Of a DNA stretch of 64,000 bases, positions 51,818 to 64,000 are shown in pieces. The stretch is taken from assembly GCA_964016885.1 (NCBI GenBank), contig OZ024753.1:46686001-46750000 (forward strand). The letters are read 5' to 3'. A program made the position numbers and the translations under genes. The stretch comes from Eledone cirrhosa (taxonomy: Eukaryota). The notes under the pieces were generated by a model. That model worked only from the letters and a program-made list of their open reading frames with translations, made no database searches and was not told the origin of the DNA. The first letter of the stretch is position 1; each line of letters begins with the position of its first letter.

Positions 51818-53823
51818 TTACTACTACTACTAACACAAATCAGCGTGTGTGGGTGAGGGTGGATGGTTGAAGAGGTGGTGGGTGGGCGGCTGTCACCAAT
51901 AAGAGTGAAGGGCAAAGGGATAAAGGGGTAAAAAAAATGAGGGCTACAATAGTTGGACAGTCCAGATTGCTGGTATTTGTGGTGGTGGTGGTGGTCGTCG
52001 TTGTTGTAGTGGTGGTGGTGGTGGTGGTGGAGGTGGTGGTTTGTTGTTGTTGTTGTCAGTGGTGGTGGTGGTGGTGGTGGTGGTGGTGGTGGCTGTTCTT
52101 GCTGTTTTCTTTAAAACAATGACGGTGGTGGTGGTGCTGGTGGTGGTGGTAGTAATTGGTGATGGTGGTGGTGGTGGTGGTGGTGGTGGTGGTGGTAGTA
52201 ATTGGTGGGCTGGTTTGTTGTTCTTGTTGTTGTTGTTGTTGCTATGGTGGTGGTTGGGATTGTGCTGAGGGTGGTGGGGGAGCAGTGGTTGTAGTGGTAT
52301 TCATTTAGTTTGTTGTTGTTGTTTATGTTGCAGTGGTGGTGGTGACCGTACCAGTTGTGGCAGTGGTGCTTGTGGCAGTGGTGCTTGTGGTAGTGGGGGT
52401 AGGGGTAGTAGTGGTGGTGGTGGAGGTAATATTGGGGAGGGTATAAGTTTAGTTCTAGATAATATGGTGGTGTTGGTTATGGCTACAGGTTTGGCAATGG
52501 GTGGTGATGGTGGTGGTGGTGGTGGTGGACCTCCACCCCTCTAGCTGTTCTTCCCCACTCCCTTTCTATCACCTCTCTGCTTTCTTGTTTTCCTGTTGTG
52601 TAAATGATTATTTTATGTGTAAAATTATTTAATATTTAATTAACCAACTAGTTTGTAATTAATTCTGTTGTCATGAGTTTTGTTTATCATTAAAAAGGTC
52701 CTTTAGTAAAAGAGACCCTCTTCATAAATATACATGTTTGAAATTGTTAATCCTATAATGATGGGTTTTCATTGATTTTGGTGATGAGCATTCATTTGTT
52801 TGATTAACTGAATGTCCAGCTTGTGAATTAATATATAAGTGGTTGAATATTCCACAGACACATGTACCCATAACATTCTCATATTAAATCAGCCTCACAC
52901 AATATGAATTACAGGTACAATTCTTCTGATTAGCTTCCATACATTTATTTAATTTCACACACAAGGCTTTGATTGATCTGTGGCTGTAGTATATACATTT
53001 TTCTAAGATGCCACACAGATAGATTGAACTTGGCACTTCATGGTTGTGAAGTAAACCTCACATCAACTTAGCCATGCTTACATTCAATACCATGATACTA
53101 TGACCTTAAACACTGTCACATTACACCTCTCTACAAAATGAAATGATTACAAAACTAAAATAAAGTTATGTCATGTCTTTAGTCATTGGTTTCTCCCCCC
53201 CCCCCCAAAAAAAAATGGGTGATCTCTGGGTATTAACTGACAACCTCCAAACTCTAGATAAAAACTGATTTAGACCTTAACAACTTATCCAACCCATGCC
53301 AGCACAGAAAAGCAGGTGTAAAATGATAATGTTACTATAGAAATAACAAAATTCTCTAAGATTAATTGAAGAAACTCAATAATGTTTTGGGAATAGTAAA
53401 TTGTAACCAGTCTAAGATTTTGTTCTTTTTAATTTTGGAGTTGTATTTGTTTGGCAAGTGCCATGATTTCAGACTGTGTTGAAACTGAAATAATTACATT
53501 ATGAGAACAAAATTAAACAAAATGTGCAGAAGGTCTATTATATATATTAACTCTTCATTTATTTCACAGTGCCAATATTTTCATTGCTCTGAAATTGTCA
53601 GTGACTAGGTCGCAAGGAGTGTGACAAAAATACTGACACCATAAAATATAAGAGAAGTAATGTAATGTAATTAAGATTTTCAATGTTCTAGCTTATTTAT
53701 TTCTGATCGCTCCTCATAAAACTCTGATGAAGACAAAAAAATGTAACATCAACAACAACAGTAATAATGATGATGATGATGATAATAATAATAATATTTC
53801 ATTTATTGGCCACAAGGTCCGAC

Positions 53824-53873
<50 letters not shown>

Positions 53874-54309
53874 GATAGTACTAATGGGAACTGCCCATAT
53901 ACTAAGGAAGATTCTGTCAATATAAGTACATCACAAGTCTAAACACCTAAAGATGCATGTGTGTGTATGTATGTTCTTTCTTGAACATGGCAGACCTTGC
54001 TGTCTCTTGAGGTCACTGGTTGTGACTTGGTGATAACTCATATGAACATAAAGCAAGATAAATGCAACTGTAATAATAATAATAATAATAGTAATAACAG
54101 TAGAAGAAAAACTACTACAATGACCTCAAATATAACATTTTGAAAGTAAGGATTGAAGTAAATATGGTAATTACTAGTACCAGTAATTATAGAAGCACTA
54201 AAATGTGTAGCAGATAATCTTGCAAAATATTTGCCACAAATAGGATTTGACCTTGTTATTGAACCTGTACAAAAAGCTTGTCTCCTTGGACAACAATACC
54301 AGCAGCAGC

Positions 54310-54340
<31 letters not shown>

Positions 54341-56309
54341 ATTTGCAGATAGGGAATGTGTCCATTGTTTCATTTGAATTGGTACCACTGGAATGATACA
54401 AAAGCAAGTAATTCTGTAAAGGTATAGGATAATTACCTATAAGAATGCAACATTTTAATTTGCACATTCCAAATATGGCAATACACGGGTGTGTAAATAG
54501 TGTTAGTGATATTCCCACGCATGCATTTGTTAACAACATTGTTTTGTGCATGTTTCTTTTTCTTCAAGATACACCTTCTAATTCTTTTTGTTAAAAAGGA
54601 AGCACTTGATGTCTTTCTCAAACTGTTAATAATAATAACAATATTAATAATAATAACAATAATAATTATAACAATAATAACAATAAAATTGCATGAAAAT
54701 AACAAAATTGTCCGTAGTAATTGAAAAAAATTACACAAGTGTGATCACTGAATATGCATACACATACACAAAATACACAACGTACACATACACTTACATA
54801 CGTGTATCAATCTATCCATATAAATGGTGATGTATGATTGTTAAAACATGCACTATATATATATATATATATATATACACATGCACACACACCATTATCG
54901 CCATCCTTTTAGGTCCGTTTTCCATGCTGGCGTCGGTTGGATGTGTTGTCACATTCTGGTTTGGGGACTAAATAAGTTAGATGACCATGTCCAATTCTAT
55001 AGCTGGATGCCCTTCCTAAAACTACTTTACAGAGAGGGATGGGTGTATTTTCTCAAGTCACCAGCAAAAACATTATAACGAGTAGACTAGGTGCATTTTA
55101 TCATGGAACCAGTGCCATCAACTGCTGAGTGTACTTGATGCATTCACCTGTAGCATTAACACTAGGGGAATCCTTGTGATCCTACCCAGATGGGGAGAGG
55201 CATATATGTACAAATATTAATAAACAGAGTCCTAATACAGCACCAGATATGAACAAATATATATATGGTAAACAAATTTATGTTTGATAAATATATATTG
55301 AGATTTAATGTGAAAATAGGCAGATGTGAACATAAAAAGTAAAATTATTAGTTCAATCCTCAGTCCATTGAAACCTTCAAACCTTATTTAATCCCAAGAA
55401 TGAATTATACAGTGAGAATGTGTTTATTAAATCTGGATATAATGGTGTATACATATTCACATACATATTTATATATATATATATCATTACAATCAACAGA
55501 TATCAAACAATGATGATGATATATAAACTTTTATTTATGTATGTATATATTTATACATGTAAAGTTATATATGTATCTATGTGTATTATAAACATATTGA
55601 TATTGTCTATACCCACCTGTAATTCTACCTTCATATATGTATATACACTCTCTCTTTAATGTTATTGATTTAGAATGTTTTTCTCTTCTTTCTCTAACAC
55701 CCTCTCTCTTTCTCCTTCTCTCTCTCTCACTATTCTGCCCTCTCTCCCTTCATTATTATATTCCTATTTTCTCCTCCTTCTTTCCTCTAGCCCTTTCACC
55801 CTGCTCTTATCACAACATCTCTAAAATGTATTGTGCCAAGACATTCTAAGACTGCTGCACACTATGATTCCAATAAATTAACCCATAAAACACAAATGTA
55901 AAGGAAACAAGGACCCAAATAGTAGCCCGAAACCTGTATAAATCTTCTAATTTAATTTCAATATACTCTAATGATTGTGTTTGTCTTTATTGCTGTTTCT
56001 CTTCAGTCTCAGTCTTTCCAGCATTTATTTAGAAATCTATTAACTTCGGAGAGTGAGAAAATATAAAATAATTAGAACAGCAGAGAAAAAAATGCAATAA
56101 AATGATGTTTGCTGTATAGAAGAAAGTTCTAAGGTTAAATTACTGAGATACTTAACACACCATTGTGTGTGTAGACATTTCTAGCAGCCATTCTGTTGGG
56201 TAGATATAGACAAAACAAGGGAACTCTACTTAACTATCAGGTTTTAAAAAAAATTTACCAGTTTCCATTCTTATGTGTGTGTGTGTGTGTATATATATAT
56301 ACATACAAA

Positions 56310-56356
<47 letters not shown>

Positions 56357-56967
56357 GAAGGTATTAACCCGACAGAACACCTAACAGTTTCAGCTTGTAT
56401 GTGGCAAGCCTTCTCGAGGGTATACGAATTTGCTACACATAAACCAAAACTGCTATGCATTGCATTTATATCTTCTTTTAAACCTACTCTGCTTCTTCCC
56501 ATGCATAGAGTTCTCCTCTGATTTATAGTCTCACCGATTTCGGCACCACAGACATATATACATATTTCTTTCTTCAGCTAACCCACCGTGTACCATTTAT
56601 TGCATCATCCAGCTTGAATAGTTTCTGTCAAGTGAACTATTTTCTCCTTCTTTCACTAATATTATTATCAATGCCATCTGGCACTCCTCTGGATTACTTT
56701 AGTTATACAAACAATCTCATTAGCCATCATCATCCAAAATCCTTTTATTAACTCTTGTCTCACAATGTGTCACACTGAATCTCCCTGAGAATTACATTAA
56801 GAGTACACGTGTCTCTGGAATACTTAGAGCCATGTCACATATTCTGTTAAGCTGATCCTGCTGAAGGAGTATGTTAAGGGAATATGTCTCTAAGGAATAC
56901 TCAACTACTCACTAATTTAAGGACTAAGCTGCTCCATTAACCAAACAAATGCTTATCCTCATATCGT

Positions 56968-57010
<43 letters not shown>

Positions 57011-57671
57011 ATCTCTCGCCCTCTACTTCCCCATCTCTCACCCTCTACTTCCCCATCTCTCTCTCTCTCTTTCATCTCTCTCCCTCCCTCTTTCTCTTCC
57101 CCCCTCTCTATCTCTTCCCCCCTGTCTCTCCCCATCTCCCATCCCTTCCCCCCACCCCATCTCTCTCTCTCTCTCTCATGGTGAATCTTTATCCCCGATC
57201 AGTGCTAGATATTTCTTACATCTGTCCCCAAGGAATTTCTTACAAGAGTAAGTTAAGGGGTTCAGGGGGTTGTGGAGGATAAATTAAAGGTTAACATTGA
57301 AGAATATTAATTAACATGGACCTCGTTAATAAAAATATTGTGGGCTTGTCTAATTATTAATTATTGCTCAATTTGTCGCTGTCACTTGGCATTGTTTCAC
57401 ATTTGCTCTGGCTGCAGTCTTGTACATTTGTGGTAAATCTTTTTTTGTGATGCAAATATATTTTTTTAATGTTCTTATTTGTTTATTTTTCCTTTATTTA
57501 TTCTCTGTTGTCCAGTGGTTGGTGGAAAAAATATAGTTTTAATATTAATGATGTTTTTGTTTTTTGTCGTTTTCACCCCAGTCCCTTAAAACACTCAGAC
57601 TAATCCTTTGAATATTGCATATACATGTATACATGCACAATAACCTAAATAATATACATACATACTTCTAT

Positions 57672-57706
<35 letters not shown>

Positions 57707-57779
57707 GAGAGAAATTTATGTGATTATGTCTATATATATATTTATGTGTATACATATATATATATATATACATACACAC

Positions 57780-57815
<36 letters not shown>

Positions 57816-58172
57816 ATGTATTTATCTATTTGTGTGTGCGTGTGTCTTCTAACTACTGTTTGATGAGTTTCAATGTTTTGCGAATAATTTCATTGTTGCA
57901 CTTGACGCTTTATTAACATTTATTAACAGTTCCTCTATATATCATTGTGTGTGATTTCGTATTACAAAAGAATGAGCTCTCAGTTTCTAAATATAGAGGT
58001 AATTTATATATATTTAATACAGAGCATTAGTAGCACACTAAAAATATTATTCCTTACATGGATACATGTACAAATTCTGATAATGAAGAATACATGCTTT
58101 TTCCTGTAATGTCTATGAAACTAGCAGTCTTTTTAGTGTATTACTTATACCATGCATTAAAATATATATGTA

Positions 58173-58231
<59 letters not shown>

Positions 58232-59169
58232 TTTTACAGGTTTCAGTCATTAGACTGCAACCATACTGTGACACCACTTTGATTTAGTTAACCATATCAA
58301 CTCCAGTATTTATTTTATTGATGTCTTTTTGTCTAACTGCTAAGTTATGGGACATAAACACTTTTATAGACATAATCATAGTCAAGGACAGACAGATACA
58401 CACACACACACACTCACACACACATATATATATGTCATTTTATCATCGTCATTTTAACGTCCACTTATATATATATTAGTGAGATAGTGATTTGATCATG
58501 ACCTCATGTGGTTTCAGCTTGTAACCTTTTCAAGCTTAAAAGAAGTTACAAGCTGAAACTGCTCAAGTTCCCAGTCAAATCTGAACCTCGCTAGTATACC
58601 CACTCTGCACCACTCTATTCATCAAGTACTTCTCTGATTTGTAGTTTTCCCAGTCCTCATAACACAAACACTCAATTAATATACAAAACCATCCCTCTGG
58701 GACTTACAAATATGTACAACATCCAAAATATAGCAATACTGGACACTACATACATATTATGAAGAATTCTTTCAATACAATAGAAACAAGAGCACCACAA
58801 CATAACACTGCACAAATCCAAATCATACAGGACTCCATTCAGTATGCTGTGAAAGCACGCAATTACATTAAGACTACTGAAGAATTCACATATAATAATT
58901 TGCTATGTGTTTTTATTTGCTGTCACACAAATGAGATACTGTGGGAGTAGGAGGCTGTTAAATGACATACAAAGTAATTATTGACTGTAGGAGAATGAAA
59001 ATGAAAGTGAGTTGTAGTATTTTGAGACTGGTTGTAGTAGGAGATATCACATGAATAAATGCAAAGGGTGGAAGGTAGAGTTAATATCAAGTGTTTTAAA
59101 AGATATTTTCAAAAAGTGTTCTAAAGAAAAGAATTTGATATTTGATTTCATATAAACTTCAGTTTATAC

Positions 59170-59226
<57 letters not shown>

Positions 59227-59507
59227 TATTTATTTTATGAAAGGTAAATTATCTCTTAACATTTTCTTATAAAGCATATTCTTTAATATAATTTTGTAAA
59301 AATATGTTGCAGATTATTATTGTTCATATTGAAAATGTTTTTATTTTTCTATGTATCAACCTTATATCTTTCTATGCCACTTTGTTCTTCTGTTCATTTT
59401 TCTTCCTATCTATCTAAAGATATTAGAAATTCTGTATTGCAAACAACTTACACTTAAGAAAATGTCTATTTACAACACAATTCTATATTCGTCAACAACA
59501 TATATAA

Positions 59508-59594
<87 letters not shown>

Positions 59595-59619
59595 AGTGTG
59601 TGTTTTTACTTTGAGTGGG

Positions 59620-60200
59620 TCATGCTGCCAATATGTACATACTTGTATTAATAGCTATAAGGATTAGATCATTGGCATGAGACTTCCCACAGGCAGCCAA
59701 TTTTAAACTCCTCTGTTATGGCCTGAAGGACAATAATAAATTGGAGGGGGCTAAGGGCAGGGCCCTGGTGGACGCCCACCAGCACACTAAATTTATCCCT
59801 ATAATCATTGTATGTACCACCCTTACCAGCCATTTCTTTACCCCTAGTTTCCTAAGAGCCCACCAGATTATGAAGCAAGGAACTCTGCCAAAAGCTTTTT
59901 CCAGATCAACAACTGCTATGTAGAGAGACTTACTTCTCCTGCAGCTGTCTCACAAGAAAGAGGGCATATGTGGTACCTTTACCTGGCATAAAGCTAAACT
60001 GCACCTTGTCTATGTTAATTCTATCCCAAATTAGTTGTGTAATAACTCTTTCAGTAGCTTTCATAACCTGAAATCTTTCATATTGATGCTTCTGTAATTT
60101 TTTGTCTTCTGCGTCTCCATTGCCTTTGTTGCAGTTGATGAAGGTGCTATTCTGATTCTAAAGTCACTTATCACTAAATTATGTTGGCTTGTACACTCCT
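59620..60200 (-). mobile_element. RTE LINE reverse transcriptase core fragment
   Basis: Reverse strand: DLEKAFGRVP..IWWALRKLGVKKWLVRVV..VGVHQGPALSP..FIIVLQAITEEFK..ANDLILIA; frameshifted. Confidence 0.85.
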
Positions 60201-60276
60201 CACAAGGAAGAGACTTTGTGTTTATATATATTTAATGTATAATGTATGTATGTATGTTTATATGTATATATATATA

Positions 60277-60421
60277 TAGGAAAATGTTTAACCCCGACGG
60301 CAGAGCTCAAGCCGTTTCGACGGCTATTTCAACATTTTCCTATTACCCACTCTACAACCCTAAGTATTGAGTACTCTGGTGCGTTATGGTCCATCTGGTT
60401 CCTTACCACACCTCCTTCGTT
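60277..60421 (-). mobile_element. Second copy of the 32296 family, palindrome partly collapsed
   Basis: Tail nearly identical to 32296-32380 in reverse. One half-hammerhead arm sits between inverted TAGGAAAATGTT/AACATTTTCCTA. (TA)n on both sides. Confidence 0.8.
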
Positions 60422-60486
60422 ATATATATATATATATATATACGTACACATATGTAAACATTGTGATTACAAAGTCGTGGAGAAAT

Positions 60487-60605
60487 TTGAAAATTGAATT
60501 AGTAGCTTTGTTGTATTTTTTTACTATTTAGTATAATAATGATTTCTTTATCATTATTATACTAAATAGTAAAAAATACAACAAAGCTACTAATTCAATT
60601 TTCAA
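60487..60605. repeat. Near-perfect AT-rich palindrome (~56-bp arms, loop TTCTTT)
   Basis: The arms differ only by one base in a T7/A6 run. Confidence 0.9.
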
Positions 60606-63600
60606 TTTAGTATAATAATAACAGAACATATAATCCCAACAACCATTATTTCCATCCTAGGGACTTATAAACTCTCTTATTATTAGACTAATTTCTGTAA
60701 AATCAAAATAGAGTTAGTAATACAATACAATATATATATATACACTGACTCAGACACACACATATACACAGCTAGATAGATAGATATATAGATAGATAGA
60801 TAAAGTATAATGTAAAATAAAAGATTTTTTTCTCTCTAATTAATAAGTCTCATAATTTTTTTATAACAAAGACACTCTATTAATAATAAGAATTACCAAG
60901 ATATAAATTCCTGATAAAGAAAATCTAAGGTACATCTATGATGTACATAAGAAATTATAATTAAAAACCAGTAATATTTCCAAGCAAATTAAATTTTAAT
61001 AATTATTCATTTCTTGGATTATTATTAAAATATAATAAACATTTGAATTTATCATGAAAATGTAATATAAGAATATTACTTTTCTTTTTAATTTGTATAA
61101 GTATTTTTAAAATTTGCAATATATATGAAAATAATTCAAAATTTCATTTGAGAAAATATGGAAATATTTTTAAAATAATTATTATAAAATATATTATTAA
61201 AAATATTATTAAGAATTTATTAAAGTATTGAAAAATTAAAAACAAAATTTTGAGAATATCATTTCTATAAATATTGTTAAAAAGATTAACATATATTTAT
61301 ATTATTTATATATTTTCTCATTTAAATATTCAAATTTATTTCACTCTGTATTTTAATTTACCATCATATTTGTTTATGAAATACACAAAAATGTATTTAA
61401 GTATTTAAATATTTTATTTCATCTTAGTTTATTAATTTCTAAAAATTAGTTTATGATGTTAATTCTATATTTTATTTAGTTGCAGTTTGTTTATACCATT
61501 TATTGAAAATTCCATTTTCATTTTAGCCTTAACAGAAATAATTTATTTTTATTTATTTATCTTTTATTTTCTAATTCAGTTATAACTCATTCACTTAGAT
61601 CAAAATTGTTATGAATAGACAATTTAGTTATTTGTTTCATATTCATTAAAATATTTGAGGTACATTTAAGAAATACACAGTTCCTCACTGCATAAATATT
61701 TCTAGTTAATTTTTCAATGCTCCATACAAGTAATATATTAACATTGACTTAACTATTGTGCAGATGGTGTATCTGTGTTAAGTATTTTCTAACCAAACCT
61801 ACCTAGAATCTTATTTACTTAGTAATTATCTCATCACTATATCAACATGTATGGTGAAGTCTATGATTCACTGATGAGGTTGGGATAAGACTAAAACATG
61901 TCCAAAGTTGCCTCTCATACTTACCAAATTAATTCAATTAACTAAGTATATTTTATATAAAGCATTGTGAATTTGCAAGTTAGAAATATAGGAGTGAAAA
62001 CAAAAGTAAAATAATACAAAAAAAACATCAGTTTACACTTTTACATTATATTTCATGCAGTGAATCTGGTACTCAGGCTACTTGGAGTAAGCCTGAGTAT
62101 GGCAACTGTCTGCTCTTATCTTTCAAACCAGAAATATCTCAGACACTACATTCAATACTTAAAGACATAACTTGGGCTGACAAGTTTCCACCTGAACAAT
62201 TAAGAATTTAAAATATTCCATCATGTTTTAATTTACTATATTTAAAGCAAATATAGCTTTCTTTTAACTTTATAACTTAAAATATTGACTTAAATTAATT
62301 TCACTGTTCATAATGGTATTAAGGTAAGTTGGGCTCATGAATATAAGTACAACCTATTTACTTCCAATGAATATAATTTTGTTAAGATTTTCATAACATA
62401 AAATGTAAATATATTTTGCTGTTCATAATACTGCTTATATGAAGAAAATTTTGTGAAGTAGGTCAGACTGATTCAATTTGGCCCGAGTCAGACTGAAGGG
62501 CTGCATAAAATTCTGGCTAGAAAGTTCCAAAGTGACAACTTTTGAAAAGCCACCTTTAATCTGTCACTGCTTATCACAAGTAACAGTAAGATAAAAATAA
62601 AAGTCACAGCTTTAACCTATGCAGGTTTAGCTAACCTTCTAATCTTATAGAAGGTTTCTTTAGTGTTTTAATGATTGAGTCTTCAGTCCTATAATGAAAA
62701 GTATTGTGACATGAAGTGTCTTGGTTCAAGAATTGAACCCACGTCTTTATGATTGTGAATCCAACACCCTAACCACTTGGCCAGGTACCTTTGCAGTAAG
62801 ATAAAGGGTACACACAAAAAAAAATCAGTGTTAGTAACTAACTTATTGTGTTTGGTTACATAATTAAATCATTATCCAGCTTTGTGTAAAGACTTTTAAA
62901 AGTATCAGTCAAATAAGCTAAGCAATGCCATTTTAGTGTTAATTCATAAACTGGGTTTCTTGTGTGCTAAGTCTGAAACTGTTAGACTAATTCAACTTTG
63001 CCTGGCCATCCCTGCAACATCTGTTGCAATCAAAAGAAGTTTCTCAGTCTTTGACAGAATTCAGCCTTTCTCAATGGTGGTTGTCTTCATGGGCTGGTAT
63101 TTCCATTGACAAACAGACATTCGTCAATTTAGAACAACAAAAAGAATTACATGACAAGATATTAGAGGAATTTGCTATAGACCAAGGCACTTGGAATATA
63201 TTTCTAAATGAAGTAAGTGTTCATTTCTCATAAAAATGTATGCCTTTTTACTTTTAAATGTACTAATGCAGTACGTGTTTCATGTAAATACATTGCTGAT
63301 TCTACTTGAGGAAAGCCTTTCAAATGTTTTTACTATAGAAATGCATTGAAGATCTTGTCTTTTCTCTTAGTTCCTACCATACTAAATAATTGTAGCTATA
63401 GCTCACTGTATTGTTGTACTTACAGCATACATAAAATAGCTCTACTTCACACTGGACACATATTACAAAGAGTATTCTCAAAACAATAGAAACAATACCA
63501 TCAAAAACAACACTGCAAATATCCAATTTGTACAGAGTTGTGATCAGTCATGCAGTGATGACACAAAAACATAAGACTAATAATAATAACAATAATAATA

Positions 63601-64000
63601 ACAATAATAATAACAACAGCAACAACAATGATAATAATAATAATAATAATTGTTTCTACTTTTGGCACAAGGCCAGAAATTACCGAGTACATTACTGGTA
63701 CTTTATTTTATCAACCCCATAATGATGAAAGGCAAAGTTAACCTCGATGGGATTTGAACTCAGACCATAAAGGGACATAACTATGCTAGAAAGCATGGCG
63801 TCGAACCCTCTACCGATACTGCCAATATAATACTAATAATAATACTAACAAAAGCATCAACAATCACTGTCTTGGAATGTGGTAGTAGTTTGATAAAAAC
63901 TAACATTTTAGTAGTTACTAACATCAGATTTGGTTGATTGTTTGGTTGGTCATATTTACTAAGTGACCAACCTAGCACTGCTACCATACAATTCAAAATT

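Noticed and set aside
62070-62100. Hairpin TACTCAGGCT-N10-AGCCTGAGTA
   Set aside because: Isolated 10-bp stem with no associated element or motif; could be chance.

Overview
AT-rich, microsatellite-saturated animal genomic DNA. The SINE/LINE repertoire and repeat density resemble an octopus (coleoid cephalopod) genome; this is an inference. The window appears to lie inside one + strand CELF/Bruno-like RNA-binding protein gene (CELF3-6/bru3 type). Only two constitutive-looking coding exons are present (39203-39331 and 40449-40528, most of RRM2), plus a candidate 39-nt in-frame cassette exon at 51694-51732. Almost all listed ORFs are microsatellite artefacts. The introns hold tRNA-derived SINEs, RTE and R4/Dong-like LINE fragments, two Penelope-like RT fragments, a non-autonomous Helitron, a MITE and a decayed Tc1/mariner transposase. 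The most striking unexplained structure is a set of short elements, mostly embedded in (TA)n, that carry minimal type I hammerhead ribozyme motifs. Several are long fold-back palindromes (3091-3318, 24182-24269, 32374-32491, 49663-49848, 49993-50220), and one apparently intact hammerhead lies on the pre-mRNA sense strand at 18201-18251. All structures were read by eye; no folding or database search was run.
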